From: Octopus sinensis
Taxonomy: Eukaryota
Reading direction: 5' to 3'
DNA length: 56,786 bases
Assembly (NCBI RefSeq): GCF_006345805.1
Contig: NW_021833642.1
Span: forward strand, 1-56,786
A program made the translations under genes and the position numbers. Shown piece by piece: positions 11,181 through 23,695 of this stretch (position 1 is the stretch's first letter; the number at the start of each line of letters is the position of its first letter). The notes beneath the pieces were generated by a model. The model saw only the letters and a program-made list of their open reading frames with translations, did not search any database and was not told the DNA's origin.

Positions 11181-11403
11181 AGAATATTATTCTTTGACCA
11201 GTAAAACAGCTAATTTATTGCTGTTGAAATTTTAATGACTTTTTGATAAGATTATACTTAGATTTTCCTAATGTATTTTCTTTTGATTTTAGCCTCTGAC
11301 CCCTAAACCCCTGACCGTGTTATCTCTTTAGATTCTCTTTAAATTTCATAGCTGATTTCAACAGCAATAAATTAGCTGTTTACTGGTCAAAGAATAATAT
11401 TCT
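11181..11403. mobile_element. MITE-like 223-bp inverted-repeat element
   Basis: 50/49-bp inverted repeats at 11181-11230 and 11355-11403 that differ by one indel, with a 124-bp spacer. No TSD recognised. Confidence 0.6.
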
Positions 11404-11456
11404 TAGGTACCATATTCAAGTAAATCATTTAAATTAACTTGAATCTTTATTGCTTT

Positions 11457-11457
11457 T

Positions 11458-11556
<99 letters not shown>

Positions 11557-11568
11557 AATATATATATA

Positions 11569-11610
<42 letters not shown>

Positions 11611-11622
11611 ATATAGATGTAT

Positions 11623-11656
<34 letters not shown>

Positions 11657-12279
11657 TGTATATATATATATATATATATTATATATATTGATGTATATAT
11701 ATATATATATATATAATATTATATATAGATTATATATATATAGATGTATATATATATAATAGAATATTGTATTATATATAAATAGTGTATATATATATAA
11801 TATAATAGATGTATATATATATATATAGATGTATATATATTATATAGATGCATATTATAGATGCAATATAATATAGATGTATATATATATATAGATGCAT
11901 ATATAATATATATGATGTATATATATATATAGATGTAATATATATAAGATGTATATATATATATATATGTTTATATAGTAGATGTATATATATATATAGA
12001 TGTATATATATATATAGATGTATATATATATAAGATTTATATATATATAAGATGTATATATATATATATAGATGTATTATATATATATAATGTATATATA
12101 TATATATATGTATATATATATAGATGTATATATATATAGATGTATATATATATATATGTAATATATATATATATTATAGATTATATATATATATAGATGT
12201 AATTATATAATATAGTATATATATATATATATAGATGTATATATATATATATATAGATGTATATATATAGATATATATG

Positions 12280-12311
<32 letters not shown>

Positions 12312-12392
12312 GTATATATATATCATAGATGTATATATATGTATATATATATATGATATATATGTATATATATATTGTATATAGATGTATAT

Positions 12393-12442
<50 letters not shown>

Positions 12443-12525
12443 TGTATATAATATGTATATATATATATTATAGATGTATATATACTATAGATGTATATAT
12501 ATGTAGGTTATATATATATATATAG

Positions 12526-12556
<31 letters not shown>

Positions 12557-13268
12557 TAGATGTATATAATGTATATATATATATTAGATGTATATATATA
12601 TATATATAGATGTAATATATATGTATATATATATATATATATATAGATGTATATATATGTATATATATATATATATAGATGTATATATATGTATATATAT
12701 ATATATAGATGTAATATATATGTATATATATATATAGATGTATATATATGTATATATATATATATATATAGATGTATATATATGTATATATATATATATA
12801 TAGATGTATATATATGTATATATATATATATATAGATGTATATATATGTATATATATATATATATATATAATGTATATATATGTATATATATATATAGAT
12901 ATATATATAATGTTATTATATGTATATCTATATATATATATATGTATATATATGTATATATATATATATATAGATGTATATATATGTATATATATTATAT
13001 AATATATATAATGTATATATATGTATATATATATATATATATAGATGTATATATATGTTATATATATAATATATATAGATGTTATATGTATATATATTAT
13101 ATATAGATGTATATATATGTATATATATATATTATTATAGATGTATATATATGTATATATATATTATAGATGTATATATATATATATATATAGATGTATA
13201 TATATGTATATATATATATATATATAGATGTATATATATGTATATATATATATAGATGTATATATATG

Positions 13269-13308
<40 letters not shown>

Positions 13309-13448
13309 GATGTATATATATATATATATATAGATGTATATATATGTATATATATAGATGTATATATATGTATATATATAGATGTATATATTATATAGAT
13401 GTATATATGATGTATATTATGTATATATATATATAGATGTATTATATG

Positions 13449-13486
<38 letters not shown>

Positions 13487-13496
13487 TGATATATAT

Positions 13497-13529
<33 letters not shown>

Positions 13530-13530
13530 G

Positions 13531-13562
<32 letters not shown>

Positions 13563-13749
13563 GATGTATATTATGTATATATATATATATATATAGATGT
13601 ATATATATGTATATATATATATATATAGATGTATATATATATATAGATGATATATATGTATATATATATATATATATATATAGATGTATATATATGTATA
13701 TAATATATATATATATATGTATATGTTATATATATTATAATATATATTG

Positions 13750-13795
<46 letters not shown>

Positions 13796-13950
13796 GTATA
13801 TGTATATGTATACATGTATTTCTTACATATAGATATATATATATATATATATATATGTATATGTATATGTATACATGTATTTCTATACATATAGATGTAT
13901 ATATAATATATATATATATACACTATATATATATGTTTGTATATATGTAA
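11457..13950. repeat. About 2.5 kb (TA)n-rich compound microsatellite with recurring AGATGT and ATGT interruptions
   Basis: Direct reading. All ORFs here are low-complexity artefacts. Confidence 0.95.
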
Positions 13951-13974
13951 GTCTATGTGTGTGTCTTTGTGTTT

Positions 13975-14420
13975 CTCCATCATCACTACTTTTCAACTGC
14001 TGTTTATTTAGAGCCCCATAACTTACTGGTTTCACAAGAAGAAACTGATAGAATAAGAACCAGGCTTATCAAAATAAAAAAAAAAAACACTAGGTAGTAT
14101 CTCATATTTTTGTTTGCCCACACAATTTATCTTTGTGTGTGTGTATATATATATATATATATGGATTTCGTAGACAGAAACTTAAAGAAATCTATTGTAT
14201 ATAAATGTATGTATATATTTAAGTGTCTGTATATGACTTTGTTTCTGTGTTTCACCCTCATCACTGCTTCACAACTGCTGTTCGTTTATTTACATCCCCA
14301 TAGCTTACTGGCTTCACAAGAAGAAACTAATAGAATAAGTACCAGGCTTATCAACATAAAAAAAGCACTACGCTGTGTCTCATATTTTTGTTTGCCCACT
14401 CAGTTGTATCTATCAATTTA
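13975..14420 (-). repeat. Two tandem degenerate SINE-like copies
   Basis: TTCA(C)AACTGCTG...CTTACTGG(T/C)TTCACAAGAAGAAACT(G/A)ATAGAATAAG...ACCAGGCTTATCAA...CTCATATTTTTGTTTGCCCAC at about 13990-14120 and 14270-14400. Confidence 0.65.
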
Positions 14421-14430
14421 TCTTTGTGTA

Positions 14431-14475
<45 letters not shown>

Positions 14476-14515
14476 CACACACATACATATACATGTATGT
14501 ATATGTGCACATTCA

Positions 14516-16200
14516 TCTCTATTATATCAAAGTCAATGTCTTTATGTGTGTTTGTGTGATACTTATACATTCGAAAACTGCTGCACCGATCATAATGAAA
14601 TTTGGAACACAAAATCGAAGCCTTGGGAGAAGGGTAATGCTGTGTGTTTCATACAATTTCATGGACCAAAATTACTGAACGGATCCTTATGATATTTGAA
14701 ACTTAGATTCAATGCATAAGGGCGGGTATAATGCAATATGTTTGGTTTGAATTTCAGATGGCTTAAAGGGGGTAGAACCCCCATAAAAATTCATAAATTT
14801 TCGATGGTGATGAAATTTCAACCATGGGTTATTGACACACATCAAGAAGTATTCTCAAAGTTTCCACTCCACATGACGATTCTAAGACACCCTAATGGGG
14901 GCCTTAACTCCCAAATTTTAGCTATTTCTTTTATGATCCAAAACTAAGTCAAAAGTACTGAATGGATCTTTACAAAATTTGGAAATTATATTCTATGCAT
15001 AAGGGCCATAACCCCCTTGCCAATTCATGTATATTTGCTGTTGATGAAATTTTAACCATAGATATTAGACACAAATGAAGTAATATTTATAAAATTTCAT
15101 CTTCTTACAAGTTAGAAAGACCCCTCCATGGGAACTTAACACCCACAATTTTGTCATTTTATCTAAGTAAAAACGTATACAGTTGTGCTCTTGAAAGCTG
15201 TAAAGTTACCCGAGCATAAAAGGTGAGCATTATTTGTAATTAAATGGTACAACAGTGTAACAGTTTGCTTTGACACACACTTACATTGTGATTTCTGCAC
15301 TGTGGTGCATAAATTGTCAAGTAAATGAGAGGCATCTTTGCCTCCACTGATTCAGTTGCAAAGTGTTGAGTAAAGTTATTTGATTGCAGACCTTTCAGTC
15401 TTTTTATTATCACTGGGTCACACATAGTCCCCAGATGGTAACATTGATTTCAAGGCCTTCCCAGATGAGTGACTGGTTATTCAAAGACATTTATAGATTG
15501 TAAATTTATTCTGTCCTGTTACGTATCAGTATAGTGGTCATTTGCAAACTCCAGGTGTGACACTTTAATTTCTCCTTAGCCCTCACATCACACAATTGTT
15601 AATGTTTATTTCAGTTGGGTCACACCCTTCCAATTGCTATAGATTCGTAATGCATCTTACGGCTGTGCCTGTCACCTGCATGGTGAGGAATACTACATTG
15701 GGAGTGGTAACGACTAGGGTACTGTAGCTGACTGCTTTTTGTGATCATTCGTCTTTTGGTTTCCTGTAGCTTTGCTCTCTTTTACAAACCTAGTGAACAT
15801 ATATTTCCTATTTCAAAGAAATTCAAACAATAGATATAAGACCCAAGTTAAAAAGATTCTCAACAATTCAACTTCTCTGGTCGACATTAAGATGCCCACC
15901 CCCAACAGGAGCCTTAACTCTCACATTTTAGAGCTCCATGACCGCCATTTTTCAGGAGCAAAATCCTTTTAACAGGTTCTATAAGACTGGAATTTTGGAA
16001 TATGTGCATAAAAATCAGTAGTATTGGATACATGTGGTACGATTACAATTTTTTTAGGGTGTGTAAAGAGGGAAATAACTCGCATCTGAAATTTTGATGA
16101 AATTCGAAACATAGGTATTCCAGTTCATTACAGAAAATATAACAAGAAAGTCTAATTCTTCAAGTGTATGTAACACAGGCAACGCTGGGTAACTCTGCTA

Positions 16201-16201
<1 letters not shown>
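14516..16201 (+). mobile_element. Non-autonomous Helitron
   Basis: A|TCTCTATTATATCAAAG 5' end and GGCAACGCTGGGTAACTCTGCTAG|T 3' end. Inserted between A and T with no TSD; has internal ATGAAATT-containing repeats. Confidence 0.75.
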
Positions 16202-16237
<36 letters not shown>

Positions 16238-16334
16238 ATAAAAATGGTAACAAAAGAATGAAAGAGACCTCGATATTATGTAAATAGAGGAATTTATTTG
16301 TAAATGTAATATGTGACAATTATTCGGCAGCCAT

Positions 16335-16395
16335 GATAAAACTCCGAGTTTCGGATGCCAAGGTGGAAATCCACGCCGCCATCTCTTCAGTTATC
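16335..16395 (-). ncRNA. Hammerhead-like motif with long stem II (degenerate)
   Basis: Minus strand: GAUAA-CUGAAGA-GAUG...GUGG AUUU CCAC...CAUC C-GAAA-CUC G GAG-UU^UUAUC. Confidence 0.55.
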
Positions 16396-16944
16396 CGGCC
16401 ATCGGAAAAATGCTATGAAAAATGACCGTTATACAAAGGGAAATTACTGTGTGATTGACCGTTATTAAGACAAAAGAGCTATTTGAATGACCACTAAGTG
16501 AGGGGATGGAGTAAAAGTTCATAGTATTCGCGTAAGCGTGCATGTTCATACCTACACATGCGTGCCCGCACACCCAAGTGTGTGCGCCTAAAAGTATACA
16601 TTCACCCACCTTCACTTGAAACCGTACACATCTTCACCCGCACCATTCGCCAAATGTATATGTATATACATACAAACCCACACACGCACCATAAAGGTTC
16701 ATACGTGCATATATGCACAAGCACAAGAAAAAACAGGGCTATGGGTAACAAACAGAAAAAAGGTATAAGGGAGTATACAAAGCGTAAACCACGTCTATAT
16801 ACGCACTTACCCGTATGCATGCACACATACACACACACACGCGCGCCTCTATATGCCCATACCCGATAATGTCTATACACACACACACATGCATGCACAA
16901 AAGAGGTCATACACACGTCTGTATGCACACATACACAAGAAAAA

Positions 16945-17834
16945 ACAGGGCACTGACATTCTGTGCCTAGATAACTTATCGCGAACAGGCAAAGCGCTCC
17001 TGTAGCATTGCCAGGTCAGGAATTTTTGGTAATTATCCAAATACCCTGGCCTGAAAGTCTTTTTGAACAGGCTGGTAAGTTGGTTCTCATCGAACCTCAG
17101 AGCCCCTACTAGGACATCATCACTTTTAGCCTCTACAATTCCTCTATAGAACACCAAGGTGGTATTCCCGCTGCTGGCCTTGCCCGTCTTGTGGATAATC
17201 ATGAGTGCCTGTCGGCACTCCTTTTGCCATACAGTCAAATTACGTCTTTTTATGAAACCGGGTTTAAATGCATCCATAGAGGCCGGTTGTGGACAGAATC
17301 CCTCTGCTAGTGGATTCCACATCTTATCACCTTCCAGGTGGCACCTGAGATGTCTCACGCTCAACGCATGTCTGCGCATCATTAGCCAAGGCATTCCTAA
17401 CCCACCTTTTAACAGTTCCTGGCAGCAAACGGAGTGCCTCACAAGTGGCTTTCTTCCCTTCCACAAAAAGTGGAAAAGGAGTCGTTCCAATTTGTTTAGC
17501 CACGAATCGGGGCAAGGGTGGTAGGTCAGGTGGTAGGTGATTACAGATGCAATAAACACCTGTACCACATTTGCCCTTCCTTTCAAAGACAGAGCCCTTC
17601 CGGACCAAGTCCGTACTAGAGCTTCTACCGTGTCTGCCACCTCACTCCAATTCTTCTCCATCCAGGAGTCTGGTCCAAACCAAACTCCAAGCAACTTAAC
17701 AGGACCATCTGTTCAGTGACCCACAACACTGGACTATATTGACTTGCTCCTCCAGGTGCTGAGGCACAAGCTGATCGACTTGTCCTTGTTAACTTTTGCC
17801 CCTGCCACTGCCTCGTATCCTCTGATAGCGTCTT
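16945..17834 (-). mobile_element. Tx1/L1-clade LINE fragment (RT C-terminal region)
   Basis: YEAVAGAKVNKDKS...VKLLGVWFG...WSGRALSLKGRANVV...LFHFLWKGRKPLV...KGGLGMP...LPVRDKL. Confidence 0.85.
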
Positions 17835-20800
17835 CTACACAGGTTCTTTCTACTGCAAGGGTGTGACACTTTTTCACACAGCTGTCCTCATCCATATGCA
17901 ACATACCAGCGCAGTTGTCTCTCTTGCACACCACATCTGATGCTTCTTAAGTCCAACTTTTCACTGAGGCTGCTTACACTGTTGTGTATGCACACTGACA
18001 TTACACATTCAGTGGAGCATGCAAGCTTATGCATGTCCTCAGCAGTCATAGCCCATGTTTCACTGCCATAGAGCATGGCTGTTTGCACGCATACATCATA
18101 CAGTCTACCTTTTACTCTGAGCTAGAGGCCCTTTGTCAACAGCAGAGGTAGTACCTCTCTGAATTTTGCTCAGGTTATTCTTATTCTAGCAGCTACACTC
18201 TCACAGCACCCACCCTCTCTACTGACTTGGTCACCTAGGTAATGGAAGCTACCAACTACTTGTAGTTTTTCCCCTTGCCATGTAACAGAAGGTGTTTTCT
18301 GCACATTTTCAGTGTTTATTGCTCTGACCCAACAAACCAAGTGAGACCATAACCTGTGACCTATGACAGTGGTGTAACCAGCCCACTTATGTGTACCTTT
18401 CTTTCATTGGACACTAAACACTGCTTGCAAAGACCTGTTGAGGCAAGTGAAATCAAAATCAAATTCACTGACTTGGCTGATGACTGCACCACCTGACTGG
18501 CATCCGTGCTAGTGGAACATTAAGAGCACCATCCAAGCGTGATTGTTGCCAGGGATGCTGACTGCAGGTGGCACATAAAAAGTACCATTCAAGTGTGATC
18601 GTTACCAGTGTTGCCTTACTGGCACTTGTGCCGGTGGCATGTGAAAAACAACATTCGAGTGAGGTCGTTGCCAGTGCCGCTGGACTGGCTCCTGTGCAGG
18701 TGGCATGTAAAAGACACCATTTGAGCATGGCCATTGCCAGTACCGCCTGACTGGCCCTCGTGCTGGTGGCATGTAAGAGCACCCACTACACTCTAGGAGT
18801 GGTTGGTGTTAGGAAGGGTATCCAGCTGTAGAAACTCTGCCAGATTAGATTGCAGCCTGGTGCAGCCATCTGATTCGCTAGTCCTCAGTCAAACCGTCCA
18901 ACTCATGCCAGCATGGAAAGCTGACATTAAATGATGATGAATGTCTATCTTTCCAGTTAGCCTTCCTTTGATATTGCTGCACCTCTTATGTGTCCATAAC
19001 TTACACCAGGTACATCTTATGGAGTTTCTACCTACTCCTTTTCTACAGATTGAATAGGGTCATCTACCTGAAGGGATTTGTGGTTTGTCTGCCTTCTTAA
19101 GACTTTGGTTTTTGCTGGATTGACTCTAAGGCCCTTCGATTCTAGATCTTGCTTCCACACCTGAAACTTCTCTAGTTCTGATAGTGACTCTGCTATTAGA
19201 GCAAGGTCATCAGCAGAGAAAAGCTCCCAGGGGCATCCTGTCTTGAATTCCTCTGTCATTGCTTTGAGGACTGTAGTGAATATGATGGAACTGAGGATTG
19301 AACCTTGGTGGACCCCTACCCCTACCCAGAATCCTTCACTGTTCTCGTAGCCAACCCTCACCTTACTGACAGCATCTCTGTACATGACTTCTACAGCCCT
19401 CACTAACCATTCATCTATCCCTAGTTTCCGCATTGACAACCATATAAGGGATCGGAGGACCCTGTCAAAGGCTTTCTCCATGTCAACGAAAGCCAGGTAC
19501 AGAGGTTTGTCTTTGCCTAGGTATTTCTCCTGTGGCTTTCTTACCAGAAATATAGCATCAGTGGTGCTTTTCCCTGGGACAATCCCAGACTGTCTCGTCT
19601 AGACTGACTCTCTCCCTAATTAGTTGGGCTATGACTCTCTCCTTGACCTTCATTACCTGATCCAACAACTTGATACCGCTGTAATTATTTGTATCTAATG
19701 CATCACCTTTACCTTTGTAGCAATTGACTATGGTGCTGCTACACCATATCAGGTGATACCCTTTCATGTATCGCCTGATTGACTATATGGGTAACTAGAC
19801 TATAGCCAACACTGCCAGGTATTTTAAGCATCTCTGCGGTGATTCCTGATGGGTCGGGGGCTTTCCCTGTCTTCATACTCTTAATTGTTTTATCTACCTA
19901 GGTACTGTCAATTCGGATAGCTGGTCCCTCTATTGGGTTGACATTTGACAGACTCTCTTTCTCCCATTCATTCTCTTCATTTAGCAACCTTTCATAGTGA
20001 CATCTCCAATTCACTATGTGACTTTCATAGTGACGTCTCCTTGCAGCCTCATTAAATGCAAGTGAGCCATCATCCATGCAGACACATTTCTCTCCTATGA
20101 CCTCGCATTTCTCTCTCACACACTGTTTTACAACATGAAACACTTCAAGTCTTCAGTCCTCATGACAGAACATTGGCAATTTTTTTCTTATTTGCTTCCC
20201 CTCTGGCTAAATAAACCTGTCTGCTCACTTCCCTTCTGGCAATCTGATACAATTCCTTGCTAACACCGTTCTTCCAGCCCTTCCATTCCAGTTGCTTTTC
20301 CCTAATAGTCCTGTCAACTACATTATTTCACCACCACATTACCTTGGGTTGTGAGGGAACTTTGCACTATCTACAGATCTGGGCAGTAGCCCTCAACAGG
20401 TTGTCCTGTAGAAACCTCCAGTTGTCTTACACATCATGTGATGCTATATCCCCCTCTATTTCATCAAAAGCTTTGAGTAATACATCTCTAAATCTCTCTC
20501 CATTCACAGGATCCTGAAGCTTCCAGACCCTTCTTCTCCATGCTGGTCGTCTTCTGGGCATCCATTTAGCCCTGATCATAAAGTTGCTAACTGCTAATCT
20601 ATGTTGTGGGGTGCATTCTTCACCTGGGAAGATTTTGGCATTTATAAGCAGCCATCTTTCCCGTTTCCTGGCAAGGAAGCCCCCTGCATGTTTTCCAACA
20701 TGCCCATTGAATTCGCCAGCCACAAAGAGAAGATCCCTGTCATTCATTGACGAGGTAGTCTGCAAGAGTGTGTCATAAAATTGGTCTTTCTGTTCATCAG

Positions 20801-21200
20801 GTTGACCTGGCTGAGGGGCATAGGCCGAGATAATGGTTGGTAACTCCTGTTGCAGCAGTAATCTAATCTTAAGTATTCTATCACAGACTCTGACTACCTC
20901 GATTACCTTATCAACCCATTTCTCCGCAAATGTATACCCACACCCCCGACCCCGTCACTGTTCCCTGCCCAGAAAATCTTATACCTATGTTCTTTGCCTG
21001 TGAGGAACCTGGCAGAACTTCCTCTCCACCTTACTTCTTGGATGCAGCACAAATCTATCTTCATGTCTCCGTTCAGGCATCTCAGCAATCTCACCAAACC
21101 TACTTTTCAGTGTGCCAACATTAAATGTGTCAACCCTGAGGGTGTGGAAGGTGTGGGCCCGTTAGACCCTGGGATGTGGGACAGCAGCGTCATGTACCTG
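17835..21200 (-). mobile_element. RTE-clade LINE (APE + RT with Cys-rich insertion); decayed copy 1
   Basis: NVGTLK...LCCIQEVRWRG...IFWAGNSDGVGGVGI; FVAGEFNGHVG; MEKAFDRV; GVHQGSILS; FSADDLALIAES; MLYGSETWA. Colinear with the copy at 54330-56786. Confidence 0.9.
18327..18940 (+). mobile_element. 3' UTR-only copy of the same RTE family, nested in opposite orientation, with an (ATG)n tail
   Basis: Homologous to the reverse complement of 54330-54940; ends ...GCATGGAAAGCTGACATTAAATGATGATGA. Confidence 0.8.
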
Positions 21201-21433
21201 AAAAGAAAGCTCACATTTGGCAGAACTCATAAACATACAATAGCCTTCAACCTGCATACACTACATTGTCATTTTTATGTGGTACATAATCACAACATTA
21301 CATAGGAGATAAAACCTAAGTAGCAATGGTGGAACAGTAAGCCTTTGGAGGTGTTCATGGGAGAGACATCCGATAGAGGTCAGAGAATAGAGACTTCTGG
21401 TACAGGTGGTGGGGTGGGAAGGGTGGTAGCACC

Positions 21434-21584
21434 GCGAAACAGCAAAAACTCAGGCTGCTGGTGTGAGAGAATATTGATGATAATAATGAGATGGAATTGG
21501 GCATTTGAAATTCTTAATTAGAGCTATAACCAATAGTTTTCGGTCAGTCAAACTGTGACAAAATTAGACGAATGAATAAATGAC

Positions 21585-21617
<33 letters not shown>

Positions 21618-22205
21618 TAATGAGCATGAGAGAGGGGGAGTCGGATCGAGTGAAGGGATCTTAATTTTTTTTTTGTCTCTAAACATACAGCATGGAATGT
21701 GAAACTGTGTTTACATTGATAGATAATGAAATAGGTAGAATAATGAAATGAACTAATAAGGTAATTAGAGGTTGAAAAACAAGGTTGCTTATCTGAACAT
21801 CTGATTTTCTACTCCTTTTGGCAAGGTGTTAAAATATGAGGTAGGGGAATCTGAATAAGCTAGTTTATATAGGGTGGGGTGGGGGAGCAGAGGTAAAGTG
21901 TTGGGAGAAGCAAGTGGTTATCATAAACAGAAAGAGAGAGAGAGAGCAGAGTTAGGCTGGTCAAAGATAGAACACAAGGAGACGGAATTTTGGGATTTTG
22001 GGTAATATAATTTTAATGAATGGGTTTAACATTGCTGCGAGACAGCAAAAACTCAGGCTGCCAGTGTGAAAGAATGTTGATGGTAATTATGAGATAGAAT
22101 TAAGCATTTGAATTCTTAACGAGGAGACGGAATTTGGGGATTTAGAGTTAAATAATTTAACAGAAGGATTTAACATTGCCACAAGACAGCAAAAACTCAG
22201 GCTGT
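21434..22205. repeat. Dispersed direct repeats (ACAGCAAAAACTCAGGCTG motif, three copies, with flanking similarity)
   Basis: Copies near 21440, 22042 and 22186. Confidence 0.75.
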
Positions 22206-23219
22206 TTCCACAGTTATATTTTCATTTCTCTATTATTGATTTTACTCGTGTCTCTATCTTAGTAGAAACTAATGGATAAAGAAATCAAACTACATAAACA
22301 AATAGCAGCAAAACTGTTCAGAAATTGAATAATACTGACATATTCAGTAACAAAAATAAATTTAATTTATCCTTGACAATTTTTAGTTTTACCAATTCTG
22401 AATATATCGCTCCTGTTTAAAACCTCTTACCTACTAGACAATTGCATTTCTAGCTCTGCCTTGAAGGAAGCTTTACTCCTTGGACTCTGGTTTTTGTGCG
22501 CAACGATGTTGTTAAACCTCTGTTAACAGCACTGTATGCAGATGCTTTCTGTTTTCTTTTTCACATGGACAAATTTTTTACTATAGACCTTAATGGTTGT
22601 AAAGACACTATATCAATGGATAGTCTAAAAAATACCTTCATAGAGAAAACTGTCCCTGTTCCCACTGCAGACGACTCAGCATTACAAACATGGCCTGCAC
22701 ACACACCTTCACATTCCCTGACTACCATTGGGTTTGATCAGGTACTGGACAAGGATTCTGGTTTATTTTTCTGATTTTTTTTTTACTTAACAGTTAGCAG
22801 TTAGGTTCATTTTTAGTATTCTCATTTGTGAGAGCAGTTGAGTTTATTTCAGATATTCTCATTTTAAAAATCATCTCTGGCTAATTGTTGAGAGTTGCCT
22901 GAATGTTCTTGTTTATAGTATGTTTTGATGGTTATATTTTCTGCTTTCAGCTATTGCATTCTTTCAGCTATTGCAGATATGCTGCATTCTTTGTGCTCTG
23001 ATTGAATTTGTTAATATTTATTGTGTAAATTCAATTCTTTTTAACTATTTTATTGTAAATGATATGGCGAAGACCATTGAACTTAATGAATAAGCATGCA
23101 TGTTCATGACTATCAATCATAAATTAAGGAAAATAAATGTGAAAAAATATGGTACCTGTATTATGTGGTTAACAATGTAATAAATTACTATTTTATATTT
23201 CTGAAACGAGGAATTATGT

Positions 23220-23491
23220 ACATTATTTACAATGGACAGATAGGTGTCCTCCCCTTGTTTGTTGTTACCTTGTCTGGGACTGAACTGGGACTTGGAAAAT
23301 GATATCTACAAAAAATAACATCAGCAAAAAGGATACCTTAGGAATGAGAACAGAGCACCTCATTAGTCAAGTAAAGGGTTGGGTTCAAAATTCCACCAGA
23401 ACACCTGATGAAGGCTGGAGAGTACATTAGCCGAAACGTTGTGGTAAAACAAACAAGGTGAGGACACCTATCTGTCCATTGTAAATAATGT
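23220..23491 (+). mobile_element. Penelope-pLTR-like fragment with an inverted terminal duplication
   Basis: 44-bp inverted repeats at 23220-23263 and 23448-23491 (one mismatch). Internal ATACCTTAGGAATGAGAAC and the hammerhead motif are shared with 28387-28894. Confidence 0.65.
23400..23445 (+). ncRNA. Minimal hammerhead-like motif (extra A after A9)
   Basis: AACAC-CUGAUGA-A-GGCUG GAGAGUACAU UAGCC-GAAA-CG-UU^GUGGU. One mismatch in stem I and a weak GUU triplet. Confidence 0.55.
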
Positions 23492-23611
23492 GAATGTAAT
23501 AAATTTTTATTGTTCTAGTAAAATCATGTCTCAGAACTGTAGTTGTAATATTTTGAGTTAAAAATTAATTTTTTGGATGAGAAATTTGTTCCAACTTGTC
23601 TGTTCTTTCAG

Positions 23612-23695
23612 GTTGTGCGGATTCAGTCTCCGGAACATGGTACAAAACGCATCCAATCTTCAGGCTCTGAAAAAATCAGCAACTTTTTAAATAAG
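23612..23695 (+). CDS. NPLOC4: NPLOC4 coding exon ([28 protein letters not shown])
   Basis: ttcag| ... AAG|gtttc; 84 nt; phase 0 to 0. Confidence 0.88.

Noticed and set aside
11403-14612. Many Y/I/M-rich ORFs
   Set aside because: They are translations of (TA)n and (TG)n repeats.
15943-15951. Minus-strand AAAATGGCG as a gene start or YY1-like site
   Set aside because: It sits beside the third internal Helitron repeat and the frame stops after 6 codons.
22496-22774. 92-aa ORF
   Set aside because: No recognisable motif or splice context; probably a decayed repeat.
23064-23093. ATGGCGAAGACCATT (MAKTI) as the missing 15-nt first exon of NPLOC4
   Set aside because: It is followed by GAACTT rather than a GT/GC donor, reads into a stop after 9 codons, and has no promoter-like context.
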